A stretch of 64,000 nt of DNA. It comes from Promethearchaeota archaeon (GTDB lineage Archaea > Asgardarchaeota > Lokiarchaeia > Sigyniarchaeales > SOKP01). The DNA lies in NCBI GenBank assembly GCA_019058445.1, contig JAHPZA010000010.1:352001-416000 (forward strand), in the 5' to 3' direction. The notes beneath the pieces are model-generated. The model did not search any database. It worked only from the letters and a program-made list of their open reading frames with translations, and was not told the DNA's origin. This document shows positions 38,913-48,151 of this stretch, in pieces; the stretch's first letter is position 1; each line of letters starts with the position of its first letter. A program made the position numbers and the translations under genes.

Positions 38913-40109
38913 ATGGGTAGTAAAAAAGTCGGATTAATATATACCAATGAATACCAGCAATATAATTTTGGAGAACAACACCCGCTAAGACCGCTTAGAA
39001 TTAAACTTACGTATAGTTTAATGGAAAAGATAGGGCTCTTAAATAACGAAAGTCTTGCAATTATCGAACCACGGATGTGTACGAGAGAAGAATTGGAAAT
39101 GGTACATTCCACAGATTATATAGAAGCTGTAAAAAAATTAAGCGACGATCCCAAGAATAAGGAAATTTTACCTTATAAATATGGCTTAGGACCAGGAGAT
39201 AATCCTATTTTCAAAGGGATGTATGAAGCGTCCTCATTAGTTTGTGGAGCTAGTCTAGTTGCCGCCGATATAGTATGGAAAGAAAATGATTTTCGTTTTA
39301 CCTTTAATCCTGCAGGAGGACTTCATCATGCCATGAAAGATAAAGCTTCGGGTTTTTGTATTTTTAATGATATTGCTGTTGCCATTAAACATCTTCAAAA
39401 ATTAGATAAAAATATTAGAATTGCATATTTAGATATTGATTGTCATCATGGAGATGGCGTTCAATGGCTTTTTTATGATGATCCAAATGTTTTAACGATT
39501 TCTTTGCATCAAAGTGGGAAATTTCTGTTTCCAGGAACTGGGGATACTAAAGAGAGAGGTGATAGTGAGGGTGAGGGGTTTGCAATTAATTTTCCTTTAT
39601 TGCCGGGCACCAGTAATAAGATGTATTTGAAATTATTTAGAAGATGCGTACCAAGAATACTTGAAGCATATAATCCTGATATTCTTCTTACACAACTTGG
39701 AGTGGATACTCATTTTAATGATCCATTAACCCAATTGGGGCTCTCTATCTCCATTTATCGGGATTTAGGGCAAACAATGGAAACATGCGCCACAGATTAT
39801 TGTAATAATAGATGGCTTGCTTTTGGCGGTGGAGGTTATTCTATGACAGTAGTTCCCAGAGCTTGGACTATATTCTTATCAAAAATGCTTCATATTGATT
39901 TAGAAAACAAATTGCCTGAGAGTTGGATAAGAGAAGTAAAGCAAAATGTCCCTTATGAAGAGGTACCCTACTTATTATGGGATAGAAACGATAAAATCGA
40001 GGTACAACTCCTATCTCATCCCGAAATCGCCAAAAAAATGATCGATTACAATAAACAGCTAATCGAGTTATGTGAAGAAAAATACATTCCAGCCTTAAGT
40101 AAAATATAA
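38913..40109 (+). CDS. acuC: Class I-like histone deacetylase / AcuC family Zn-dependent deacetylase
   Basis: HPLRPLR, GDNP.F, GGLHHA, SGFCIFND, DIDCHHGDG, FPGTG, GGGGY. Confidence 0.93.
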   Translation: MGSKKVGLIYTNEYQQYNFGEQHPLRPLRIKLTYSLMEKIGLLNNESLAIIEPRMCTREELEMVHSTDYIEAVKKLSDDPKNKEILPYKYGLGPGDNPIFKGMYEASSLVCGASLVAADIVWKENDFRFTFNPAGGLHHAMKDKASGFCIFNDIAVAIKHLQKLDKNIRIAYLDIDCHHGDGVQWLFYDDPNVLTISLHQSGKFLFPGTGDTKERGDSEGEGFAINFPLLPGTSNKMYLKLFRRCVPRILEAYNPDILLTQLGVDTHFNDPLTQLGLSISIYRDLGQTMETCATDYCNNRWLAFGGGGYSMTVVPRAWTIFLSKMLHIDLENKLPESWIREVKQNVPYEEVPYLLWDRNDKIEVQLLSHPEIAKKMIDYNKQLIELCEEKYIPALSKI

Positions 40110-40141
40110 TCTCTCATTAAAATTAAATTAAAAAAAAAAGT

Positions 40142-41518
40142 TTAATTTGTTTTAAAAACTACTTTTCGCTTTATATGTGTTATTAGCAGGATAATTCCTA
40201 AAACCATGAAAAGTATGTAATAATTACCAAATGGTATGACTCCAGAATCGCTAGATCCTCCATTTCCCCCTCCATCACTTCCGCCATTAGAAACAATTAT
40301 TTGAGGTAAACCACGAGTTAATAGAAAAAGATTATGTTCATTGGGAACTTGGTCAGTATCCGTACATCCAGTAACAATATACTCACCATCCGATGAAATT
40401 GCTAATTGATTATAATCTAGCAGACCTCGTATCGGATAACTCCATAACGATGAAGAGTGAGATTTATGAAATAAATAGACTTTTTTATTCTCGTTTCCGC
40501 TCCCTGCTATTATATAATTACCATCAGCTGAAATTTTCACAACACTGGCTGCTTCGATGGTGGCTTCCCATAGGTTATTCCAAGTAGGACTGGAAATAGA
40601 TTTATTAAATAACCGAACTCGCCAATTTCCACATGCGACAAAGTAATCTCCGTTAAATGAAATTGATAGAGTTGCGATAAAATCATCCGTATCCAATGTA
40701 TGTGGCCATAGAAGAGGACTTACGTTATTCGTTGTATTAAATATATGTATTTTGTTTACTTCGGAAACCATATTTGTAATATGAGCTATAACAAACTGCC
40801 CATCTGCTGAAATTTCTACAGATACAGGTACAAAACCGGATTCTTGATATGTCCACATAGGTGTTGAGCTGGACTTTTGAAATGCATATATGGTATCTCC
40901 AGACCATCTACAAATTGCGACCATGTAATTACCGTCAGATGATATTGATATATCATTTATATCTCCCTCAGTTGGACTAGTACTCCACAAATAGGGATTT
41001 GCGTTATTTGTGCCATTAAATAGGTATACTCTATTATCAGAGCATCCAGCAACTACATAGCTACCATTAGCCGAAATTGCAACTGATCGAAATGATTGCC
41101 CACCCACAGGATAACTCCATAAAAAAGGACTAGCTATATTTGTTATATTAAACATATAGATATTCGCTGCCGCCACAGCGATATAGCACTCATCTAATGA
41201 AATTGCAACTTCATAGACATTACCACCTACATCATAGAACCATAATGGGGTAGAGCTTGATTTATTGAAACAGTAGATTCTATTATCATCACATCCAGCT
41301 GCGATGAATGTTCCATTTGAGGATATTGCCACGCTTCTTATGTTTTCTGGCATCTCACGATTCCATACAAGAGGAGTATTTGAAATGCTAGGTACTTTTA
41401 ATTCCGAATAATCATTTCTTCCAACGAGTCGAGTATTTGTGAAAGAGATTTCATTTAAAGCGAATAGTAAAATCAATAAAACAAAGATAAAATTAATTGA
41501 TTTATTCTTTTTAGTCAT
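40142..41518 (-). CDS. Secreted WD40/PQQ-like beta-propeller surface protein with IPFG-TM-basic C-terminal tail
   Basis: Signal peptide; about 8 repeats of SVAISxDGxYIxAG...YxF...PLW; Gly/Ser linker, then VIPFGNYY, a TM helix and KRK. Confidence 0.85.
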   Translation of the reverse strand: MTKKNKSINFIFVLLILLFALNEISFTNTRLVGRNDYSELKVPSISNTPLVWNREMPENIRSVAISSNGTFIAAGCDDNRIYCFNKSSSTPLWFYDVGGNVYEVAISLDECYIAVAAANIYMFNITNIASPFLWSYPVGGQSFRSVAISANGSYVVAGCSDNRVYLFNGTNNANPYLWSTSPTEGDINDISISSDGNYMVAICRWSGDTIYAFQKSSSTPMWTYQESGFVPVSVEISADGQFVIAHITNMVSEVNKIHIFNTTNNVSPLLWPHTLDTDDFIATLSISFNGDYFVACGNWRVRLFNKSISSPTWNNLWEATIEAASVVKISADGNYIIAGSGNENKKVYLFHKSHSSSLWSYPIRGLLDYNQLAISSDGEYIVTGCTDTDQVPNEHNLFLLTRGLPQIIVSNGGSDGGGNGGSSDSGVIPFGNYYILFMVLGIILLITHIKRKVVFKTN

Positions 41519-41904
41519 GAATCAATCATCAATTTTTCAAGAATTTCTGTTTAAATATATTTAAATTTTAATTGATTTAAATGTTATTTTTTTGAAATCC
41601 ATCATATATTGCTGAGAAATAAAGAATAAAAAAAATCAATAAAGATGTTTTTTTCAAGTTAATTCTTAATTTTAAAATAAGACTGAAAATTCAAATAAAA
41701 GGAAATATGGAATCTCAGAAATCAAGATTGACTTTATCTAGTTCATTTTTATGATTTTTTATTAAAGAAACGATTTATTATAATAGATCGATAATTAAAT
41801 GACGTGAAAAGAAATTATCCTGACTTTAAATAGAGTTTTATGTAAGCTGAATAGTTTTTTCCAAAAAATTAGAATTTTAAACCAAGTAGTATTCTTATCT
41901 TTAT

Positions 41905-42765
41905 ATGAAAGTAGAGTTTTTTGAAGATATTAATGAATTTGTAGATTTAGTTTTCCCTTTTTTATTAAAGTGGGAAGCTGAGAACAATATACTCTTCATG
42001 ATTCTCAATTCTTTAAAGGAAAATATGCATCGCTATGGAGATTATAAGCCATATTTAACAGTAGTGTCAGATAATGATGCAATTAAACTTGTTTCTATTT
42101 GGACACCCCCTTATAATCAGTTACTATCTTATACAGATGACATAAAGACGATTGACATTTTAATTGAAGAACTTATCAATAAAAATGTGAAATTACCGGG
42201 AGTTACAGGATTTAAGGAGGGAACAGAAAGATTTGTAAATATATGGTGCGAAAAAAGAGGACTAAAGCCTCAATTAGTAAGAAATACAAGAGGACATAAA
42301 CTAATAGAAGTGGCTGAAGAAACACTAGGAAATAGAGACTTCATTATAGGAACAGAACTACATCAATCAATAATTCTTCAATGGGCAAAGGAAATGATCT
42401 TAGAAGCGGGGTTAATGACTGAAGCCGATCAAATGAACCGAACCTTAAACCAGATGAAGCAAGATATTAAAGCACAAAAAATATTTTTATTAGAAGATAA
42501 TCATATGCCTGTTTCCATGGCGAGGAAAGCTGGAAAAACCCCGAATGGGAGCCTCATTAATTTTGTGTATACACCTCCTGATTTACGCAGAAGGGGATAT
42601 GCAACAGAATCCGTAGCAAAACTGAGTAAACTTCTTCTTGAGGAAGGTAATGATTATTGTTTTTTATTTACCGATCTGGCAAATCCCATCTCAAATAGTA
42701 TTTACCAGAAAATAGGGTATCGCCCGATAATAGATTTAGATGAATATAAATTTTTAGATGTATAA
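41905..42765 (+). CDS. GNAT N-acetyltransferase (FR47-like C-terminal domain)
   Basis: VYTPPDLRRRGYA (motif A), LFTDLANPISNSIYQKIGY. Confidence 0.93.
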   Translation: MKVEFFEDINEFVDLVFPFLLKWEAENNILFMILNSLKENMHRYGDYKPYLTVVSDNDAIKLVSIWTPPYNQLLSYTDDIKTIDILIEELINKNVKLPGVTGFKEGTERFVNIWCEKRGLKPQLVRNTRGHKLIEVAEETLGNRDFIIGTELHQSIILQWAKEMILEAGLMTEADQMNRTLNQMKQDIKAQKIFLLEDNHMPVSMARKAGKTPNGSLINFVYTPPDLRRRGYATESVAKLSKLLLEEGNDYCFLFTDLANPISNSIYQKIGYRPIIDLDEYKFLDV

Positions 42766-42822
42766 CTTATAAGATTTAATATTAATATCTTTAGAGTATT
42801 AGGAAACTATTTTGGTGATTGC

Positions 42823-43662
42823 TTGAAGAAAAAAAAAGAGTTGGAACTAAAACCAATCGAAATAAATACCCCCGCCGCAAATAAAATGAGGGAGTTATTG
42901 AAGTTAACTAAAACTTCACCGAAATTGAAAAAAATGTATCTAAAAAAAGCCTACCCAGAGGGAGTGGAGCAGACAGGTAGCCCCATACCAGTTAATGTTA
43001 CTCTAGGTGAGTATGAGGATCAAATATTACCATTTGTTGTCACAGAATATTTTATCAAAAAGGCAGGAACCATACTTTTAATGGATTGCCCATGTCGTAG
43101 AGCTAATAAATGTGAAAATCATGATTATCATTTAGGTTGCACTTGGTTGGGGGAAGGAGCTCGCCATGTAGATCTATCTAAATGGCCAGTTGCCAATGGA
43201 CGTTTTGCGACTAAAGAGGAAGCTTTAGAGCGAGAACGCTTGGCTTATGAAAATGGTTTGGTACCCCATTTAGGAAAGCTGAGAGGTGATGCAGAGTTAT
43301 ATAATGTGGTAGATTACGAGGATCAATTCATGTCTATTTGTCATTGTTGCTCTTGCTGCTGCATTGTTAGCTTGATGAAATATGGGCCATCGGAGTATAA
43401 ACAAATTGTAAAAAGGATGGAGGGTGTTGAAGTAAGGATAGATCCTGATAAATGCACTGGCTGCGGAGCCTGCTTTAAAGTCTGCATCTACGACGGTTTG
43501 AAGATGGAAAACGGCAAGGCAATGATTAATCAAGAAAATTGCATGGGATGCGGTCGTTGCGAGATGACATGCCCAAACAAAGCGGTTTCCATTTCAATTG
43601 ATGATTATACTCGTATTGATGAATTAATTGCCAGATTCGAATCTCGCGTGGACATTTCTTAA
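42823..43662 (+). CDS. 4Fe-4S dicluster protein with additional Cys cluster
   Basis: CPCR, ICHCCSCCC, CTGCGACFKVC, CMGCGRCEMTCP. TTG start after GGTGA. Confidence 0.9.
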   Translation: MKKKKELELKPIEINTPAANKMRELLKLTKTSPKLKKMYLKKAYPEGVEQTGSPIPVNVTLGEYEDQILPFVVTEYFIKKAGTILLMDCPCRRANKCENHDYHLGCTWLGEGARHVDLSKWPVANGRFATKEEALERERLAYENGLVPHLGKLRGDAELYNVVDYEDQFMSICHCCSCCCIVSLMKYGPSEYKQIVKRMEGVEVRIDPDKCTGCGACFKVCIYDGLKMENGKAMINQENCMGCGRCEMTCPNKAVSISIDDYTRIDELIARFESRVDIS

Positions 43663-43764
43663 TTGAATCTTGTTATTTCCTGTACCTAAATAACTAATAA
43701 TACTATTCTAATTATTAAAAAAAATATCAGCTGGGAATTTTCCTTTAAAGGTTTATTTTAGAAA

Positions 43765-43877
43765 TGTATCTTATTTACATAACTGGCAAATCCTATATCA
43801 TATAGCATTTACCAAAAAATAAGATATCGCCTGATAATAGATTTAGATCAATACAATTTTTTTGTGAGTAAAACTTA
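43765..43877 (+). pseudogene. Remnant of the 3' end of a GNAT gene (homologous to 42658..42769)
   Basis: Translates CILFT*LANPISYSIYQKIRYRLIIDLDQYNF versus CFLFTDLANPISNSIYQKIGYRPIIDLDEYKF; 76/90 nt identical by manual alignment. Confidence 0.85.
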
Positions 43878-44011
43878 AAATTTTGGAATTAGCATAGAAA
43901 TTCTTAGGAAATTAATACGGCATTAAATATTTCATAGAACCAAAACTAAAATAATGATTTCAAGATTCTATTTCCTCTATAAACAAAATAAAAAGAAAAT
44001 TATAAAAAGAT

Positions 44012-46099
44012 TTAAATTTTCTTGATATTTACTTTTCGCTTTAAAAAAAATATTAGTGAAATTACTGATATTATGGTAAATAAGAAGTAAAAATCTCCAA
44101 ATGGAATAACATCATCCCCATCACTGCTATTACTACCTCCCCCTCCGCCATTATCAGAATCTGTAGTAAGGGAGCATGATTTATTACATATCGGATAATT
44201 ATCTTGAGCTATTGCATCGCCTAATATGGAATAAGCAGTCTCTCCAATGCCATCACCATTATTATCGCAACCAACATAATCATCCCAATAATTACCAATC
44301 GAACCATTATCCCACTTATTATTAGTCCCATTATCTTTGGCATTAATGGTATTCTCAATAAACCAATTGATATAAATTAAGTTATTATCACTACTAGTAT
44401 CTTCATTATCGAGATGAATACCAATTTCTCCACTATAATAAATATGATTTTCTGTGAAATTATTAGAATCAGATGTAAATAAGAAAATACCATATAGTGA
44501 ATTGTTATAAATCTTATTATCAAAAATGGTATTTTGATTACAATAATCTATTCGTATTCCATGTATTGAATTATTATTAAGAATATTAGCAGTTATATTA
44601 TTAATATTGCTATTAATCATAAATAGACCGGAATCACTATTACTATTTAATGTATTATTAAGAAGAAGGTTATATCCACAAGTATCTAAATTGATTCCAT
44701 TTCGACTATTATTTGAACAGTTATTATTAATTAAAATTCCATTATTTACATTATCTAAACTAATCCCTGCGTTTCCAAAAGATGATCCTGAATTATAGAG
44801 TGTGCAATTTTCAATTCTGAAATATTTAGTTGAGTTACCTATTATTATGCAACTTCCATCTCCTTGACCATCTATATTAAAATTATCTAAAATATATGGA
44901 TTTTCTTCTGTACCTAATCCTTTACCCCATGCTCTTGTTGAGAACCATGCCCATGTGTGTCCACTAATTCCCGAATCATCGATATGAATCTTTCCCCCGT
45001 CATAAAACGGATTTCCATGAATAGGTTTATAATCTTTATTACTTCCTGAAGGAGGAACATTATAATAACTATCTCCAATCCCATCTCCGTCATTATCATT
45101 TCCTGTATAATCATACCAATAATTTCCAATGTAAGAATTGTTCCAATGAAGCACATTCATATTGTCATAGCATGTATCCGATATGAAATAATTTTTATAT
45201 ATAAAATTATTCCAATTTGCACTTACGCTGAAATGATTAATCCCATCACCATTATTACTGAAATAATTCTCTGTAAAATTATTGTCATTATTATTGTTTC
45301 CAAACCAAATTCCATCGTAGGAATTTTCCTCAAAATTGTTGTTTAAAACCTTCGTATTATCACAATCATAGATATGTAAACCGTGTTCATTAACTCTAAT
45401 ATTGTTATTTTGAATTACTAAATTGTATCCACTTAGTACTTCTATACCTGTTTGGGTATTATTTTCGATTCTATTGTTAATTATCACATTATCAGGGTTG
45501 CTATATGTTTGATAGATATCAATTCCGTCGTCGCTATTATTATGTATTACGTTGTTTATTACTTTGTTATTTCTACAATTTTCATATAGAGTTATTCCTA
45601 CATTGCTATATGAGCAATTATTATTCATAATAATACCATTATTAGTGTTATCGAGGTGTATTGCTGCTTCATAACTTATGCCAAGCACATTAGTCACTAT
45701 ACAGTTTCTTATGATGAACTGAACATTAGAATCTCTAATTTCTATACCATATTGACCTCCCTGTCCATCCATATACACATTCTCGATTATATATACCCCT
45801 CCTACATAAGTACACCAAGGTTGTGAAACAGCTTGAGCCCATGAGATATATCCCGAGTAAATAGGTGTTGTACCACGAATTCTTATTGGACTTCCCGTGA
45901 GGTCAAATAAATCTGCTTGTTTTGGACGATTTAAATCATCAATATAATTCTTTTGATGTGCATCATCTTTTTTGTTTAAATCACTAGTAAATAGCTCATT
46001 AACTCGCTCTCGATTATTTATAATAATGAATGAAGGTATGATACTCTGAAAGATAATTGAAATTGTCAAGTAAATTACTATATTTTTTCTCTTATTCAT
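44012..46099 (-). CDS. Secreted NosD/CASH parallel beta-helix surface protein (two tandem modules) with IPFG-TM-basic tail
   Basis: Asn-rich GIxL...NNxIxNN repeats; two GNYWxDYxGxDxxGDGIG motifs; Gly linker, then VIPFGDFY, a TM helix and KRK. Confidence 0.88.
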   Translation of the reverse strand: MNKRKNIVIYLTISIIFQSIIPSFIIINNRERVNELFTSDLNKKDDAHQKNYIDDLNRPKQADLFDLTGSPIRIRGTTPIYSGYISWAQAVSQPWCTYVGGVYIIENVYMDGQGGQYGIEIRDSNVQFIIRNCIVTNVLGISYEAAIHLDNTNNGIIMNNNCSYSNVGITLYENCRNNKVINNVIHNNSDDGIDIYQTYSNPDNVIINNRIENNTQTGIEVLSGYNLVIQNNNIRVNEHGLHIYDCDNTKVLNNNFEENSYDGIWFGNNNNDNNFTENYFSNNGDGINHFSVSANWNNFIYKNYFISDTCYDNMNVLHWNNSYIGNYWYDYTGNDNDGDGIGDSYYNVPPSGSNKDYKPIHGNPFYDGGKIHIDDSGISGHTWAWFSTRAWGKGLGTEENPYILDNFNIDGQGDGSCIIIGNSTKYFRIENCTLYNSGSSFGNAGISLDNVNNGILINNNCSNNSRNGINLDTCGYNLLLNNTLNSNSDSGLFMINSNINNITANILNNNSIHGIRIDYCNQNTIFDNKIYNNSLYGIFLFTSDSNNFTENHIYYSGEIGIHLDNEDTSSDNNLIYINWFIENTINAKDNGTNNKWDNGSIGNYWDDYVGCDNNGDGIGETAYSILGDAIAQDNYPICNKSCSLTTDSDNGGGGGSNSSDGDDVIPFGDFYFLFTIISVISLIFFLKRKVNIKKI

Positions 46100-46288
46100 T
46101 AATTTCTTTCACTTTGTCATTTATGTCATTATCTTATATTTTTTTAATATACCTTATGTTCTAGGTTTATGATAAACATAAAATTATCTTTTTTTATCTA
46201 TAAAAACCTTTTTTTGTCTTTTTATATTAAAATATGGTTAATATAAATTAAAGAAGTAGTTATATAAATCTTGTCTTTTCTTGACAAT

Positions 46289-47089
46289 TTACCTTTTTGG
46301 GAATGTATTGATAGCCACACATATAGATTGATGTATCGCTAAAAAAAGATTATCAGATAACTCATCATATATTTCTTGAGTCGCATCTACAAATGCCATA
46401 TCATTCCAAGAACCCATAGCACCAAATACAAACCCTTTTAGACAAGCCCCGAGAATTTGTCGAGCTTTAAGTGAATAATTCTCTTCAATAATTATATCCT
46501 TATGTGGTACATCACTGAGAGGATCATCTGAAGAAAGACAATCTAATGCTGAATTGAAAGCATTGGTAAACTCTTCTTCATTTTGCTTTTCAGAAAACGG
46601 GATAATTTTTTGAAAGGCACTTTTTAAATTATTATATGATTTTTCTAATGTTGGAAGGTCTTCTTCAGAGGGGAAAGACCATTCTTTCGCAATTCGACCA
46701 TAATTAACATTCCATAGATTTTCTTCTGATTGATTCTCATCCGGAACAATCCATCTGGCCTCCCAGATATCTACTGTCTCTCCAATTACAGCAGATATCA
46801 GCCATCGTCCACACCCTCCAATGAAACCAGTAGTTTCCCTATCCTCTTTTAAGCCTTCTTCTGAAAATGCATGATCTAAGATTAATTATTCCACCTTATT
46901 CTCCTTTAAAAAGTCAAACCATTCATCAGGATTCTTTGCTAAAGTGTCTGCCCCTGGCCATTCAATAAAATTTATTTCTTTGCAACTTTTAGCAGTAGAA
47001 TGCGTGAATTCAAAAGAAACAGATTGACCTTGTAAATAAGCATTCCCATAGGGTGTTAAAGCTGCAATTTGCACTATTGATGTTTTCAT
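46289..47089 (-). pseudogene. Conserved-looking hypothetical gene interrupted by one in-frame TAA (46886-46888)
   Basis: The 67-aa track ORF continues in the same frame past TAA for about 198 more codons (LILDHAFSEEG...GFIGGCGRWL...W.VNYG...FVFGAMGSWNDM) to TAA at 46289; 267 codons in total. Confidence 0.75.
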
Positions 47090-47205
47090 ATAATATTTTT
47101 AGGTTTATTGTTATTAAATCTAATGTCCAAGAAAATAAGATTAATATAAAATTTAAAAAGTATTGTATATAAATTCCTAAAGGAATAAATCAAAGAAGTC
47201 TTGAG

Positions 47206-47385
47206 GTGAAATTTAAGGTTTTATCAAATGAAGAAATTAGGAAGAAGAGAGAAAAATTAAATAGAAAATTAATGCTTATTCAAAAGCTAATTCAAGAGGG
47301 CAAATTTTCTCAAGCTAAAAAGGAAGCAGAAGAGATTATGCAAACGAAAAAATTATTTAAAATTAATAAACGCAGTGAGCAATAA
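47206..47385 (+). CDS. Small basic helical protein (about 59 aa)
   Basis: Open frame VKFKVLSNEEIRKKREKLNRKLMLIQKLIQEGKFSQAKKEAEEIMQTKKLFKINKRSEQ*; GAGGTGA overlaps the GTG, so the start is uncertain. Confidence 0.4.
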   Translation: MKFKVLSNEEIRKKREKLNRKLMLIQKLIQEGKFSQAKKEAEEIMQTKKLFKINKRSEQ

Positions 47386-47595
47386 CTTGAAACTTATGAT
47401 GGCCATATCTTTTAAATAGGAGGGCTTTAACTCAGGTAACTCGGTAACCTTATCAAAGCAGGTAAGTTTTTCCTCAGATTCACCACGCTCCTCATGAAAC
47501 ACCCCTAAATTAAACCATTCGGTCGGGGTTGAAATTGTGTGCCAATGCAAGTTATACCATGTGTAGTTCAAGTTTATTTGAGCACACACACTCAT
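47353..47595 (-). pseudogene. Possible TPR-protein remnant
   Basis: WFNLGVFHEERGESEEKLTCFDKVTEL is one TPR-like unit in an otherwise implausible ORF. Confidence 0.35.
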
Positions 47596-47944
47596 ATATT
47601 TGAGCAGGTGTTAAAAAATTCATTCTAATATTTTAAAAAAATCCAAATATTTAGGTTTTATAGCTAGTCGATTTAGGTTTTTTTTAATATCCTTTTTTGA
47701 ATCATTAAATTATAGAACATAATTTAAAGGATAAATTTAAAAAATAAAGAGTTAAAATAGACAAATTTTAAAAGAATTATAAATAATTATGCTCAAAAAT
47801 CAGATTATTCTCTCAAAAGGGAGAATATTAATGCATCGGGTTATAATTTAAATTTATTTTAATTCAATGAACGTATTTTCGAATTTCACTTTTGTCATAG
47901 GAAAATGAAAACATTTTTATAGTCGGTTAACTAATAATTGATCA

Positions 47945-48121
47945 AGAAAAACGGAACCATGATATCAAAATATATTCTTATACCTAAAGCCGAAAAAAAA
48001 AATCGGTAATACCTCAACCCTTAACCCTGTTATATATACACTCGCATCGGGTGAGTAGACGAATAGATAAATATGTCTCCTCTTTTTTTATAAAATAAGA
48101 ATCATGGTTTTCCGATTTTCT
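47945..48121. other. Structured non-coding element bounded by imperfect inverted repeats, with internal hairpins
   Basis: AGAAAAACGGAACCATGAT (47945-47963) is complementary to ATCATGGTTTTCCGATTTTCT (48101-48121). Inner hairpins GCCGA-(A)n-TCGGT (47989-48007) and ACTCGC-ATCGG-GTGAGT (48040-48056). Confidence 0.55.
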
Positions 48122-48138
48122 CTCTTTTTACTTTTTAT
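48063..48138. repeat. 76-bp direct repeat, copy 1
   Basis: atagataaatatgtctcctctttttttataaaataagaatcatggttttccgattttctctctttttactttttat; 72/76 identical to copy 2. Confidence 0.95.
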
Positions 48139-48151
48139 ACTGCTTTAATTT

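Noticed and set aside
48012-48029. CCTCAACCCTTAACCCTG resembles telomeric repeats or a telomerase template
   Set aside because: Only about two imperfect units and no reverse transcriptase in the window; chance is a sufficient explanation.
47600-48060. Replication origin in the AT-rich spacer
   Set aside because: No ORB-like repeats recognised and no orc1/cdc6 gene nearby.
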